Source of the DNA: Botryllus schlosseri | Taxonomy: Eukaryota | Direction of reading: 5' to 3' | DNA: 64,000 bases | NCBI GenBank assembly: GCA_051294905.1 | Contig: CM119372.1 | Span: 6,078,001-6,142,000 of the forward strand | Shown: positions 41,049-53,492 of the stretch, piece by piece | Numbering within the stretch: position 1 is the stretch's first letter | How the letters are laid out: every line of letters starts with the position of its first letter | Made by a program: the position numbers and the translations under genes | Notes under the pieces: model-generated | Database searches by the model: none | What the model was told of the DNA's origin: nothing | The model's input: the letters and a program-made list of their open reading frames with translations, nothing else

Positions 41049-44000
41049 CTAGGCCTTAGACGCAGTCAATCCAGGTGGAAGAAGCCTTGGTCTCTTTGCG
41101 GAAGTCTCGGTTGCACCGCTGGGAAGCTTCTTTGTTCTCTTGGAGAAGGCCCGCGACGTCTGTGGGGCTAGGCTTTCTTGAGTAAGTGTCGGTGTTACAG
41201 ATGCACTGAAAACATGAGGTCCTTTCAGGTACAGAGAGGGGCATCCAGGTGAAATATACAGGTGTCAAGGGTGTGTCATAAATATCGGTTTGCCGATAAT
41301 ATCGAGTCGATCCTAAATCTTGATAGAAATATAGGTATTGGCAATTAGAGGTAAAAAAAATATTGCTTATTTTCTCTACGTAACAGCATGGTAGTGGGAG
41401 TCAGAAAGCTTAAATCTGCGACTGACAGAATGGGAATATTGATATGTTTCTCAAAGCTTACAGGTGTCCAGAAGTAGCCATTCTAGTTTATTACATGTCC
41501 ATTGTCCACACATAGCAATCGTCGTAAAGCTGTTCAAATAAATGCTCTCAAGTTGTGGAACTGCACCCTAAGCTAGATGTCATATCTTTTAAATATTGAC
41601 TGAATATATCGGAGTTATCATGTCGAAAATCTGATTTGCTACTCATAATAATAGTGATTCATTGCATACCCTTATGATTAGAGCATAGGCTCTTAAACTA
41701 GGTTTTATGAGCCCCTTGGAGGTTCACGGGATAGTTCAAGGGGTCCATGAAAGGTATGGATGAAAATCCTACGATCTAGTCCAGTGGTTCTTTAGAGGGG
41801 TTGTAAATCCCCCTGAACGGTCCGTGGAGCCCAGTTTGAGAACCCTTGTGCTAGAACTTGGAGTAGAATTAGACACTCATTCTTTTAGCATTTGCTAGTT
41901 TGACCGACTCTATTGCGAATGACACTCTGCTTTGATATGCCCGTTCTTCAATAACTCACTACTTTCAATGCTTAGCAAATTTTAATATAATAAATCCAAA
42001 TTCGAATAAAAGCAACATTATTATTATATTAGTTATTTTTTAACAACCCTAATGCACATACCCGTCACTTAATATTGGTTTACAACTGCTTCCCTACAAA
42101 CATTAAAACACTTTTTACTGAGCTAACTTACAAGGATGATTAATTCAAACGGAAGGTTAAATTAATCACGGAATGTATGTATTGAGAAAACAACCGTAAG
42201 TTTAAAAATAGTGACTTGGTAAATAGGGAAAAATTCCTTCTTAAAATACACCACCACATAACATCAGATTTTGAATCTCATGGTTAGTGTTCAATATGCA
42301 GGAGAGAATTTTAAAAAAAACATAGTGAAAGTGCAATGGCAAGAATGGATTACAAAGCAGATTTGTAGATACATAGGTTTAGGTCAGGGCTGGCCAACCT
42401 TCGAAAATTTTTCTAAGTTCATAGCTCAATAATATTGTCACTTGACTATATTGCGGGCCTGCAGTATATCGCTGGGCTCAGTTTGCCAGGACTGGACTAT
42501 TCAGCGCCTGGACATATCAATTTCGAAAGCTTCGACCAACATGCGTCAATCATTTTGTGCCTAGGTTTCATAGTCGACAGTCTTTCTGCCAGCGCAAACG
42601 CTAGGTCCCATATGTAGAACGACACTTTGTCTCGTAATCGATGATATAGTTAGACTCAATCTGATACATTAGGCGTTCTTTCATTTTCACAAAGGGGTAC
42701 CAATATTAAAAGCAAAAACCGAGTGACAACATGTTGCGCGAAGCGTGTAGAAAATATTTACTTTTGATCAATTTATCGCAAATTATTCTGCTTCATTGTA
42801 GTGTACGAAAATCTACCAAAGTGTGACTGGCTCATGGAAATGCCAATGCGTCGTAACTGATATTTTAGCCATCACATCTCAAGTGTTGCCTCCAGACTAA
42901 TCAAATTTTGGTTGGCCTTGCAAGTTCACAATCCGTGCAATCCATTTTTTATAGCATTGCCAATTTCGGAAAATACCTCGCGGGCCACCCAAAACCTTCT
43001 CTGGCCGGCCCTGGTTTAGGTGGATAGACCTACAGACATTCATAATCCTGACCCACATACCTTTTTTCCGAATGTGATGGAATGGCTTTGGCTTTTGGCA
43101 GAGCTTCCAATACCTGGAAAAGCATCAACCATTCCAGCATAAAAACACATAGAAAACAGTTCTCCAAACATAACTCCCATATAGAAGACATTATGTACCA
43201 AATAGAAGATTGAAGCGAACAAGAGCAATGCAATCATCAAACACAATGTCTGAAATAATGACTAATAAACTAGTGAAAGACATATGACAACCCGTTTGTG
43301 GGAAGTCATTTACGATGAGAAAACCAACAACGCAGTCCCCAGGGTCATATGCCAGGCGTGGGATGCTAGCATGGCATGGCAGATTTTAAATCCATGGATT
43401 GATTAACCAAGTACGAAAATACACATGCATCCAACCGAAACCACATTGATTTATTGAAATACAGGAATTGGTTACTTGGTTAAAGTAAGGAAACTGTATA
43501 GACCAGACTTATTAGTTCTTTGCCTACCCAGTTTCAGACAAATTTTTCACTGTGAACTGCACTGGTTAAACCTTTGTAACACTGATTGAAGTGCAAGACA
43601 TGAAAACCTATGACTTGTGAAAGATATAACATTTCTTCAGCATGACATAAGTGGACATGCCTAGATCAAAGCTCTTATGAATAGTTCATGTAGATCGCTT
43701 CAATTCAAGTTAGATCTGCATTCGATGAATTTCTTGACAAGCGAGGAAAGTACTGCCATCAGTGCCATCCTAGTTGGAATTTTGGCACATGGCATCTGAT
43801 TCGTTTCTAGATATATGGAGACTCATATAGTATAGTATAAAATACTGCCACTCAGGCGCGTAGTCAACCGAAAAATATGGGAGGGGTTTGAAATAAAATG
43901 GGCGGGGTTTCGATTTTTATAGCATCAAATCATTAGGGTTAAGTAATGCGTAAATGACGATTATACAATCGCTTCGCGTTGACGAACTTACGCGTATGAT

Positions 44001-47000
44001 GAGCTTGCCAACGGAAGTGCTGCCAATTAACGAGTCCCTGATCTATCGCGAACAAATAAATACGCGAGCTTTCGCAACGTCTGTTACGCGCATATCAACG
44101 CATATTACGTAGCCTCGGCGACGATTTGCACGAGTCAAAATGTCCGAGTTGTTATGGAATCTGTTCTATAATGGCACTGATTTCAGGTGGTTCAATTTCA
44201 AACCTTTCTCATCTTTTATAACTCAAGCATGGACTTGACACACATCTTCCGATGTTATGTTCAAGTATTAGTGAAAATCAACTACGTATGTACGAACGCA
44301 CAGGCAAATGTTTGCGGTCGATTGCGGACATTCGATGTCATTCAGTTTAGCGATGTCACTCTTTAATCACAATTGCAAATCCGCATACAATCCATCGAGA
44401 GATAGGAGCCAAAGCATGCTAGGCCCGAGACAGGCAGGCATATCAGGCATATTGCAGATGCGATTGTTGTGTAGGCCAACGATGATATGATGCGCACCAG
44501 GCAAAGCCAACGCGATTGTGCAGACCACCGATGGTATAGTTCGCACCGGGCCTATTGCAGATGCGATTCTTCAAGCCAGCGGAACTAGGCTTGTTGTAGA
44601 CGTGATAAATAAGGCTAGCAACGATTAAAGAGCGCGCGCCGGCGCGACAATCAAGAACTTATTTCGCAATCATCTCAGCTAGATCGAGTCTCGTTAGTTT
44701 TTGCAGTGCACACTGCACAGTCAAATCTCGCTAATTGGCAACACGCTTGTTGCCAATTGGCCACGCGCAAGCATGGCCTGGCTGTGTTAGAGGAATTTAG
44801 CAAAAAATGTTCGCGTAGATTTAAGATTGCCGTTTGAATGCAGTGTTCTTCAGACAACCTGTTGCTATTTCTTTGTTCATATTAAACCGGCAAATTGTAG
44901 ATCAAAGTTGTGTTGCCTTGTATCGGTGAATGCGTGAGATTAAGCATCTAATTGTTGAAGCATAGATCTAATAGAGTTGTAGATTAGACCCGAAAATTAC
45001 GAATTACGCGTCACCAGTGAGGTGAATACTGCAATATATCCGATATCATTAGTATTGATTACGCGCGTTCAGAAAATCGAGTTGAGTATAGTGCCCTACC
45101 ACTTAACTACAGAGACACTGCGAACAGATTTTACGAGATAATTACCTTGTCTCCCTTGCACGCACATGAAAAAAGCTCTCTCGCATGTACTGTACACACG
45201 AGAGAAGACGCGAGAAAAAAGTCACCATATGTATCGGTCATATCATTGCGCAAGAGCGTGCTGCAAATTAGCTAGTGCTAACGACCGACGAAATATTGAA
45301 ATGAATCGAGGGGGGTTTCGCGTTTCAAAAGGAGGGGGTACCGACCCCTGAAACCCCACCCCACTGGCTACGCGCCTGCTGCCACTTCACTTGATGCGAT
45401 TCTATTCTTCTGGCGTACTCAAATCTGAGTATTTGTATCACCGAGCACGAGCGTTAATAAACCTTGCATGTTTCCTTTAAAAAGTATCTAATGCGCCTGT
45501 TGAGAAGTGATTCAAAATGAAGTGGACCTATTAAATCTGAAGCTGTACGATGCTGAAGAACGGTGAGAGTATCATATATAAGGTGATGACAATTATTTTC
45601 ACTGGTATGGCATCATAATTCGAGTGAACGATTACAAAGACCCATTTGATACTTGTGTCAAGTACTTGCGAGAATGACGGTGGGTTGAGTGAAGCAACAA
45701 AATCTGGTTGGTCAAGAACATCCGCGAAGAATTAACATAAACGAGTTACCTTCTTCACGTCTATGGACAATGGTGAAATTGTCTTCCGCGATCCATCCGC
45801 GATTGCATGCAAAATCTCTGAGAATTTTTCACGCACGGACTTTTGATTCTGTCATTAAAATGAAAAAATAATCATCAAAAGGCAAGGTTCCCATATGCAG
45901 TCACAGGCTCACACAACACTTGTAAAAAATTCAAAAATGCTGAGCCTCAATTGAGCTGCCACAACACAGCGGAATGTAATATCCGTCCGAGGTGGGGTCG
46001 CGGAACATTTCAAAATCGCTATTTGGGGTCGCGACCAATGTTCCCTCTAAGCTGCGCACGTGCGCAAATGCGCAGTGCTGACACGGTCTCTGCGCACAGA
46101 ATATCTAAGTTGCGCACAAAAAATCAGAAGTGATGACCTTTTTTTAGTCGTTACGCACTGTTGTCCAAGGGTCTGCACAGTGAGTTGGTGAGTATGCGCA
46201 CACTCGTCAATAATTAGAGGGAACATTGGTCGCGACCATAATCAAACAGAATGAACCTTGTTGTTGACTCCTCGAAATGCCAATAAAATTCTTATGGCTT
46301 ACTCTCCACTTGATTATAAGATTATGATAGGCTTGTCTCAATACATCCAACTCCTCGCATAATTCGTCCATTTTATTTTTCTTTGTTAACAAACAGCATT
46401 CCAGACTCTTCACCAGCGATTGAGACTAGGAATAGAAATCATTATTATAACACTGCGGGGGCAGCGCCGATATTTTCGGACCTTTTGCAATTGCTTCTTG
46501 CACTCAGCCAACTCGTCTGCTTTGCCATTGTTGATGTAAATCTTCCGAACCACCTGTCAAATATATTGGATAAAATTATTTAGTTAGTGGAGGAGATAGC
46601 ATAGTGGTGACGACAAGCGCCTATGGCCTAGGCGGCCCGATTCGCCTGCGCGTAGGAGATTATTCCGGGCTTTTTTTTCCGCGTGTCGCTGTTCTTACCA
46701 GGGCTTTGGAGCAGTCGTAACTGCTCCAGCTCCGGAGCTCTCTTCTGTGATGAATAGGGTTGACCAAAATTTGGAAAATCTCAAAAATGATGGGTATCAA
46801 TGTCTCATTCTTTAGATTACGGTATTGATGAAAAAAACAGTCAATGAGCCTGCAACAAGCTCATAGGAAAGTCGTTAAGATTTGTCGCAAAGCGTTTGAA
46901 AGTTGCTCGCAAAGCGTTTGAAAGTTGCTATCGGTGAGTGGGCGTGCCAGCAATCATAGAACGGCGACAAGACCAGTAATCACGAAATCACGGCTCTCGC

Positions 47001-50000
47001 TAATCGGCTATGCTTCAATGATCACAAAGGTGGTTGCTTGCTGATTAGTTGGTAAAGGAGTCTGCTAACGGCGCTGATTCCGTAAGCGCATTGTAGGTTG
47101 GTTGGCAGATAATGATTCAGGATTAATTCAGGACATGTTGGGTTACGAAATACATAATGATTAACAAAAAACAGCTGCTTCACTCAAACTTTTGAAGCAT
47201 GACTGGCTTATTGTGAAGGAAACCACCGTAGCCTAAATGTCTGTTGTGACCTAGGGAAAGCACAGAACACATGGAGTAATATTGCAAAGGCGCTTATGCG
47301 AGAGGCGAACAAATGTCTCGTTTCAGAAGGGATGCAGCATCATTGAATACAAATATAATGCTTAACAATGACACTACTTTGTCTGATCTTATTGGGCTAC
47401 AGTCATGGTGCATATTTGAAGACTTGAATGCTCCGAGGATCGGCTGAATCAGCCATTTATGCTGGGGACTCTTACAGCAAAATGGATTCACTTGTAAGTG
47501 CTGTCAAATTCGTCAAGGATGACACAGAAAGAGGTGTGAAGGTAAGCAGAGACTACGCTGGTGTGACCAGCAAAAAAAAACAGTTTGCTGATATAGCTTA
47601 ACATGTCCTGAATGAGTCTTCAATCATAACAGGCTGCAACACCACAGATGCTGGAATCAAACCAGACATGGATATAAAAACAAGCTAAAATGTATTGAAG
47701 CGGTGCGATAGTTACACTTCTTCGGGGTTCCAATATCTAAGCTACCTGGTCGTCCCATGTAACATCTTCCTAGCAGATAAGATTTTATGAGGCATCCATC
47801 TCACATATGGTGAGCTGCACCAGTTTGTGATGACTAATATACTTTACCTACACCCAGAAAAGTAGGACACCACTGACGTAATTGCAACCATATCCGACTA
47901 GGTATTTCTCAGATTTATATTTAGTTCTAAAAGTGCACAATTATTCGCCGTTTCACCTCTGTCATGCCTGCAATTCTCTAAGCTATACAAGCGAACTGTA
48001 TTTTTAATGGTCATACCACCTACGAGTGAATTCATTTTGCTGTAAGAGTCTAATAAGTCCCCAGCATAAACAGCCGATTCAGCCAATCCTCAGCATTTAA
48101 GACTTCAATCATATACCACGACTGGAGCCTAATAAGATCAGACTAGTGTCATTGTTAAGCTTTATATTTGTATTCAATGATGATGCATCCATTAAACGAG
48201 ACATTCGTTCTTCACTTGCATAAGCGCCTCTGCAATATTTCTCTGCGGGTTTTGTGCTTTCCCTCAATCAAAACAGGCATGTACACTACAGCGGTTTCCT
48301 TCACAAAAAGCCAGTCATGCTTTAAAAGTTTAAGTGAAGCAGCTGTTGTTTGTTCATCATCATGTGTTTCGTAACTCAACATGTCCTGAATTAATCTTGA
48401 AAATCATTGTCTGCCAACCAACCTACAATGTGCTTACAGAATCACCGCCGTTAGCAGCCTCCTTACTAGACCGCGACTGTTTAACGCAGAGGAGTCGATA
48501 TTTAATCCAAGATAGCTAGACCTGTATTGGTCATAAACTATTGCAATCGGTTTGTATGTATGTATGTATGTATTTATGTGTGTATGTATGTATAGCTCTT
48601 ATAAATACGCATACATCAGACATTTTGAGTGTACAAGTTTTTGGCGGGCCGGAATTTTTCCTAATACTATATTTTCCGCTTACTTCGGAATATTATCCTA
48701 CATTGCTGCAATCTCAATCATACCAATCATAAAACACATGTAATTACACTTCAACAACGCAGAATGAATATTGCAATTGACATAGCTTGCTTTGTGAAAG
48801 GTTTTCAACTTCTGGTAACATTCAGATGAAGCAAGAATCAGGCCATATTCTAAATGGGCGTCCGAGATACGTGTTACCAAAAATCGATGCGATGTCTTTT
48901 GCATCGTTTGATGAGCTGGGATAGGCTAAAGATCAATTTCAAGAACGTACTCTTTGTCAAAGTCATGCAGCGATATGCTCTTTGTATGAAATTTGTCATT
49001 CAATTCAACTGCATCGCATTTCAAATAGGCATATTTGAAATTTTCTGACAATGGTATTAGCGTCCACATTAAATGGAGTAGGCTACTGAATAATCAGAAT
49101 TTATTTTGTATAGAAGGAATCTCAGAAAAGCGGGTGAATATTCAGTAATTAAATTTCGTATCACAGTTACAAATATAGTGTTGGTACTAGGTTTTCTCTC
49201 CTCCGGTATAGGAAAATGAGCATAGTTTACTCTGTACTGTTGACATCACGGGAGTCGCAGATTTGTTTCAAATGCGCCTCAACATCTCATGTATTCAGTT
49301 GTCCCCCCGAAGTTGCAAATTCAATTTGTTCAGATGTGACGTTAAATGTACCAGGAGAGCAAGATTAGATAACCATTTTCGATTACAAGACTATGAGTCG
49401 GCGATATTTGTATTTTCGAGGAAAGATGCTATTTCATTTCTCAGTTCATAGACTCGTGCGAGCATAGGTGCTCGACTTAATGCGCGAACATGGCAGATAT
49501 GCATTACATCGCCATATTGATTCTATGCTTCTAGTCATCGGTCGTAACAATTTTGGATACTCAGTTTGTGAGACAAAATCATATTTACAGTTTTAATGTA
49601 TTTCGTACGGCCTTTCGTATGTCTTTGTTATATATTTGTGATTATTATATATTTGTGATAATTATTTTCTTCCATTTGTGATTAATATTTTCTTCTATTT
49701 TGCAGACTGTCCACTGTTATATTTATTGGGATGAGTGCACTTGATTACTTCACTGCCATGGAGGTGATGAGTAACAAGGCCTTTATAGGCCATATCGTCA
49801 CCTCCAGTCAACTTTTTATGTTTGATGAAGCAATAAAATGTTTGTCTGTAAATGTCTGTTATTGCAGACGCAATTATGTATGCCATCGATGGTATAGTGT
49901 GCATTAGGGTTGTCCAAAATTTGGAAAATCTCAAGAATGATGGGTATCAATGTCTCATTCTATAGATTATTGATAAAAAACCGCAATGAGCCTGGATTAA

Positions 50001-52842
50001 GCTCACAGGAACGTCGTTAAGATTTGTCGCAAAGCGTTTGAAAGTAGCTGCCGACGAGTGGGCGTACCAGCGACCATAGAACGGCAACAAGACTAGTAAT
50101 CACGAAATCACGGCTCTCGATTGGCTAATCGGCTATGCTTCAGTGATCACGACGGTAGCGGCTTGCTGTTCTGAGTCAAGTGTACCTGTTTGATGCTGGT
50201 GTGATCAGACTAGATGACCTTCACGGTCTTATCGATCATTCCTATCTAATACCGAATACTGTGCACGCATATTTTCTGTACCACCATCACTGCCGTTTGT
50301 TATGTATTTTGGTTCGATGAAAATAAAGACTCTCTCTCTCTGATCAGTTGTCAAAGGAGTCTACTAACGGCGGTGTTCTGTAAGCGCATTGTAGGTTGGT
50401 TGGCAGATAATGATTTAAGATTGATTCAGGAGATGTTGAGTGACTAGATACATGATGATGAACAAAGAACAGCTACTTCACACAAACTTAAAGCATGACT
50501 GGCTTACTGTGAAGGAAACCGCCGTAGCCTACACATGTCTGTTTTGACCGATGGATAGCACAGAAGATGCGGAGAAATATTGCAAAGGCGCTTATGCAAG
50601 AGGCGAACGAATTTCTTGTCTCAGAAGAGATGCATCATAGTTGAATACAAATATAAAGCTTAACAATGACACTACTTGGTCTGATCTTATTAGGCTCCAG
50701 TCGTGCTGTATAACTCAAGTCTTGAATGCTTTAAGGATTGGCTGAATCAGTTTTATGCTGGGGACTTATTAAACTCTTACAGCAAAATGAATTCACTCAT
50801 AAGTGTTGTCAAAGTCGTCAATGAGGCCTGAGAAAGAGGTGTAGAGGTAAGCACAGACTATGCTGGATTGCTGGTATGACCAGCAAAAATACAGTACATC
50901 TTAGCATGTCCTGAAGAAATCTTGAATCATTACCGGCTGTAACACTACAAATGCTGGAATGTAAAACGAACTTAAAATGCAATGAAGCAGTGCGATAGTT
51001 ACATTTCTTCGTGGTTCCACTAAGCTATATGGTCGGCCAATATAACATCTTCTGAGCAGATAAGATTTTGTGCGGCATCCATCTCACGTATGGTGTGCTG
51101 TACCAGTTTGCGATGACTACTTTACTTACGCCCAGTCTGACGTATCTGCAACCATAACTAGGTATTTCTTGGATTTATATCTAGTTCTCAAAGAGCACAA
51201 TCATTCGCCGTTTCACCTCTGTCATGCCTGCAATTCTCTAAGGCTAAGTTAAGCTATACAATCAAACTGTCTTTTTAATGGGCATAATAGCAATGCTATA
51301 GCTATAGCATAGTCTGTGCTTATACCTTTTAACTCTTTGTGCGGCATCACTGACGACTTTGACAGTCCCCAGCATATACGGCTGATTCAGCCAATCCTTA
51401 GGGCATTCAAGACTTCAAATATACCACGACTGGAACCTAATAAGATCAGACAAAGTATAGTGTCATTGTTAAGTTTTATATTTGTATTCAATGATGATGC
51501 ATCCCTTCTGAAACAAGAAATTCGTTCACCACTTGCATAAGCGCCTTTGCAATATTTCTCCGCAGGTTTTGTGCTATCCATCGGTCAAAACAGACATGTA
51601 GGCTACGGCGGTTTCCTTCACAGTAAGTAAGCCAGTCATGCTTTAAGTTTGTGGAAGTAGCCGCTGTTTGTTCATCATCATGTATCTAGTCACTGAACAT
51701 GTCCTGCATCAATCTTAAATCATTATCTGCCAACCAACCTACAATGCGCTTACAGAATCACCGCCGTTAGTAGACTCCTTTAACAACTGATCAGCAAGCC
51801 ACTGCCGTCGTGATCATTGAAGCATAGCTGATTAGCCAATCGAGAGCCGTGATTTCGTGATTACTAGTCTTGATTCCGTTCTATGGTCGCTAGCACGCCC
51901 ACTCGTCGGTAGCTACTTTCAAACGCTTTGCGACAAATCTTAACGACGTTCCTGTGAGCTTATTCCAGGCTCATTGTTGTTTTTTATCAATAATCTATAG
52001 AATGAGACATTGATACCCATCATTCCTGAGATTTTCCAAATTTTGGACAACCCTAGTGTGCATGTGCACCGGGCCTATTGCAGACGCGATTCTTCAAGCC
52101 AGCAGAACTAGGCTTGGTGGAGACGCGATAAATCAGGCCAGCAGCCGTTGCAGAGTGCGCGGCAATCAATGACCATATTTTGCAAGCATCACGTAAAACT
52201 TCCCTATTTGAGAATAATAATTCGTATTAAATGCATTTATAATGCAAAATAGATCAAGGGCCGAATTTACCGAGGCCGAATTTACCGCGGTGGCCGAATT
52301 TACTTGCAAGCCATCAGGGATGTCGGATACCTAGACTAGCCTGTAGGCGAGGTTGATGTGTCAGATTAGTCCGGTAATCTTGACTCTTGAAGGCTGACTG
52401 TTATCGACTATAGTTAACACCAACATAGGTAGACAGGTAAGGTAGATCAAAACTAGATCATGAGATATTTCAGAAATATGGAGTGTGAAAATCATGTATC
52501 AACAAGCTGAAGCTCACTACCATGTTTCGGTTACCAAGTTATCCATTACCGAGATTACTGGCAAGAACAGTCATCGTCTCCAAATAAATGCTGTACCTGA
52601 CTGTCGTTTAACTGGGTTCTGCATTCGGGACAGGTTTTACGTGGTATGCAGTACTGGAACCATTTCGAAATACAGTCTCCGTGGAACACATGCCCGCAAG
52701 ATGTTACACTGATTCTCTAGATTCAATAGAAAAGATGGGCAATTAGAGAGCACACAGTACAATGACCAACTACGTTTAAAAAACATACCTGATCAGATGA
52801 AAAACAATAAGTTACAGTGCAGATTGAGCATTCTCCATCCAT
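41049..52842 (-). CDS. Multi-exon RING-H2 / coiled-coil E3 ubiquitin ligase-like gene (TRAIP-like N-terminus); 3' half tentative with a predicted TM helix
   Basis: Well-supported phase-0 exons: 52789-52842 (MDGECSICTVTYCFSSDQ), 52597-52716 (RISVTSCGHVFHGDCISKWFQYCIPRKTCPECRTQLNDSQ), 46482-46553 (VVRKIYINNGKADELAECKKQLQK), 46303-46425, 45750-45848, 45653-45703, 45463-45552; 203 open codons. Tentative downstream chain: about 45380-45409, 43754-43795, 43528-43556, 43314-43365, 43199-43249, 43061-43113, 41462-41482, 41049-41205 (TAG). Confidence 0.7.
41684..41848. mobile_element. Short degenerate Charlie-like MITE
   Basis: CATAGGCTCTTAAACT ... AGTTTGAGAACCCTTG; both flanks are nnnTAnnn-like but not identical. 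Confidence 0.45.
42385..43013. mobile_element. Non-autonomous hAT (Buster/Charlie-type)
   Basis: CAGGGCTGGCCA ... TGGCCGGCCCTG; perfect TSD GTTTAGGT. Confidence 0.88.
43853..45378. mobile_element. Non-autonomous hAT-like element inside the RING gene
   Basis: CAGGCGCGTAGTCA ... TGGCTACGCGCCTG; perfect TSD CTGCCACT. Confidence 0.9.
46036..46228. mobile_element. 193-bp hAT-like MITE
   Basis: Perfect TIR CAATGTTCCCTCTAA; perfect TSD GTCGCGAC; internal GCGCA repeats. Confidence 0.9.
46755..48465. mobile_element. Foldback element copy 1 (right arm truncated)
   Basis: Starts TAGGGTTGACCAAAATTTGGAAAATCTC; colinear with 49905-51780; the right arm stops at about 48465. Confidence 0.85.
48463..49290 (+). 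mobile_element. Possible Helentron-associated (HINE/DINE-1-like) non-autonomous element
   Basis: 5' short inverted repeats (CGACT..AGTCG; GACC..GGTC), a (TATG)n tract at about 48552-48592, and a 3' GAGTCGC plus hairpin ATTTG-TTT-CAAAT. Boundaries approximate. Confidence 0.35.
49905..52055. mobile_element. Foldback element copy 2 (complete, ~700-bp inverted arms)
   Basis: TAGGGTTGTCCAAAATTTGG ... CCAAATTTTGGACAACCCTA; perfect TSD GTGTGCAT; arms about 49905-50770 and 51365-52055. Confidence 0.92.
50169..50340 (+). mobile_element. 3' end of a non-LTR retroelement inserted in the left foldback arm
   Basis: Absent from the right arm and from copy 1; ends AATAAAGA(CT)n; no clear TSD. Confidence 0.6.
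52597..52842 (-). CDS. RING-H2 (C3H2C3) finger split over two exons
   Basis: C-SI-C ... C-G-H-VF-H-GD-C-ISK-W ... C-PE-C-R, joined through a 72-nt GT-AG intron (52717-52788). Confidence 0.9.
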
Positions 52843-53102
52843 AGTTGCCGTACAATACAAACCAGCTCCAGATAAATGTTATCAACAAATTGCAAAAACA
52901 ATAAGTTCGCGCGGCGAGACAGACGGGGCCTATGTTGCCAGCTCCGGATGGAAGAAAATCGCTAAAACTTGTGTTAAAATGTCGCTAAATATTGAAAAAG
53001 GCACTAAAAAGCGCTAAATCTGCTAAAGGTTGTTAAAGGTCAACAGCATGTTCATAAAGACTTTTGCGTAGTTCGTACATTATGTGATGTGGCTAGGAAT
53101 AA

Positions 53103-53465
53103 GGTAAAATTATTAAAAATTCAAATTACGTGACCTTTGACACGGACCAATCAACCCTGGAATCTACGATCATAAAGCTACGAAAGCCGATTCTCTGTCG
53201 CCAGAAGGAACGCCTCTACACTCTTGGAATATTTCATTAATGTTATGTGTTGTGTTTTCGGTTATTTATAACCGAATATGTACTCGTTAACGTTTGTTTT
53301 GTACCGTTACTACCGTATCTTGCTCGTCCACTAGTTGTTTGTTTTTGTTATTATTACGTCATACACACAAAATAGTTCTTACATTTCGAATTTGATTCAC
53401 CCTATCACTGACGTCAGTCAGTCACTGATGAGAGTCAGTCGAAAAGCTTTTAGCGAATAAATAAA
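53103..53465 (+). mobile_element. 5'-truncated Penelope-like retroelement: GIY-YIG C-terminus plus pLTR-like tail with hammerhead-like core
   Basis: 53103-53240 reads GKIIKNSNYVTFDTDQSTLESTIIKLRKPILCRQKERLYTLGIFH*, matching the PLE endonuclease end 'E..lI..lkP.L..Q....L.lf'. Followed by a T-rich UTR, CTGATGA-N9-GAAA (53425-53444) and AATAAA (53456). Confidence 0.7.
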
Positions 53466-53492
53466 CAAAATGAAGTTATTGTTTCGCGTTAA

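Noticed and set aside
47294..51581. Similar ORFs ending ...FVFNDxASLLK...SPLA
   Set aside because: They arise from the arms of the two foldback copies and show no transposase motifs.
41049..52842. Assigning the symbol TRAIP
   Set aside because: Only the RING and the adjacent segment resemble TRAIP. The coiled coil is short and the C-terminal half differs, so orthology cannot be shown without phylogeny.
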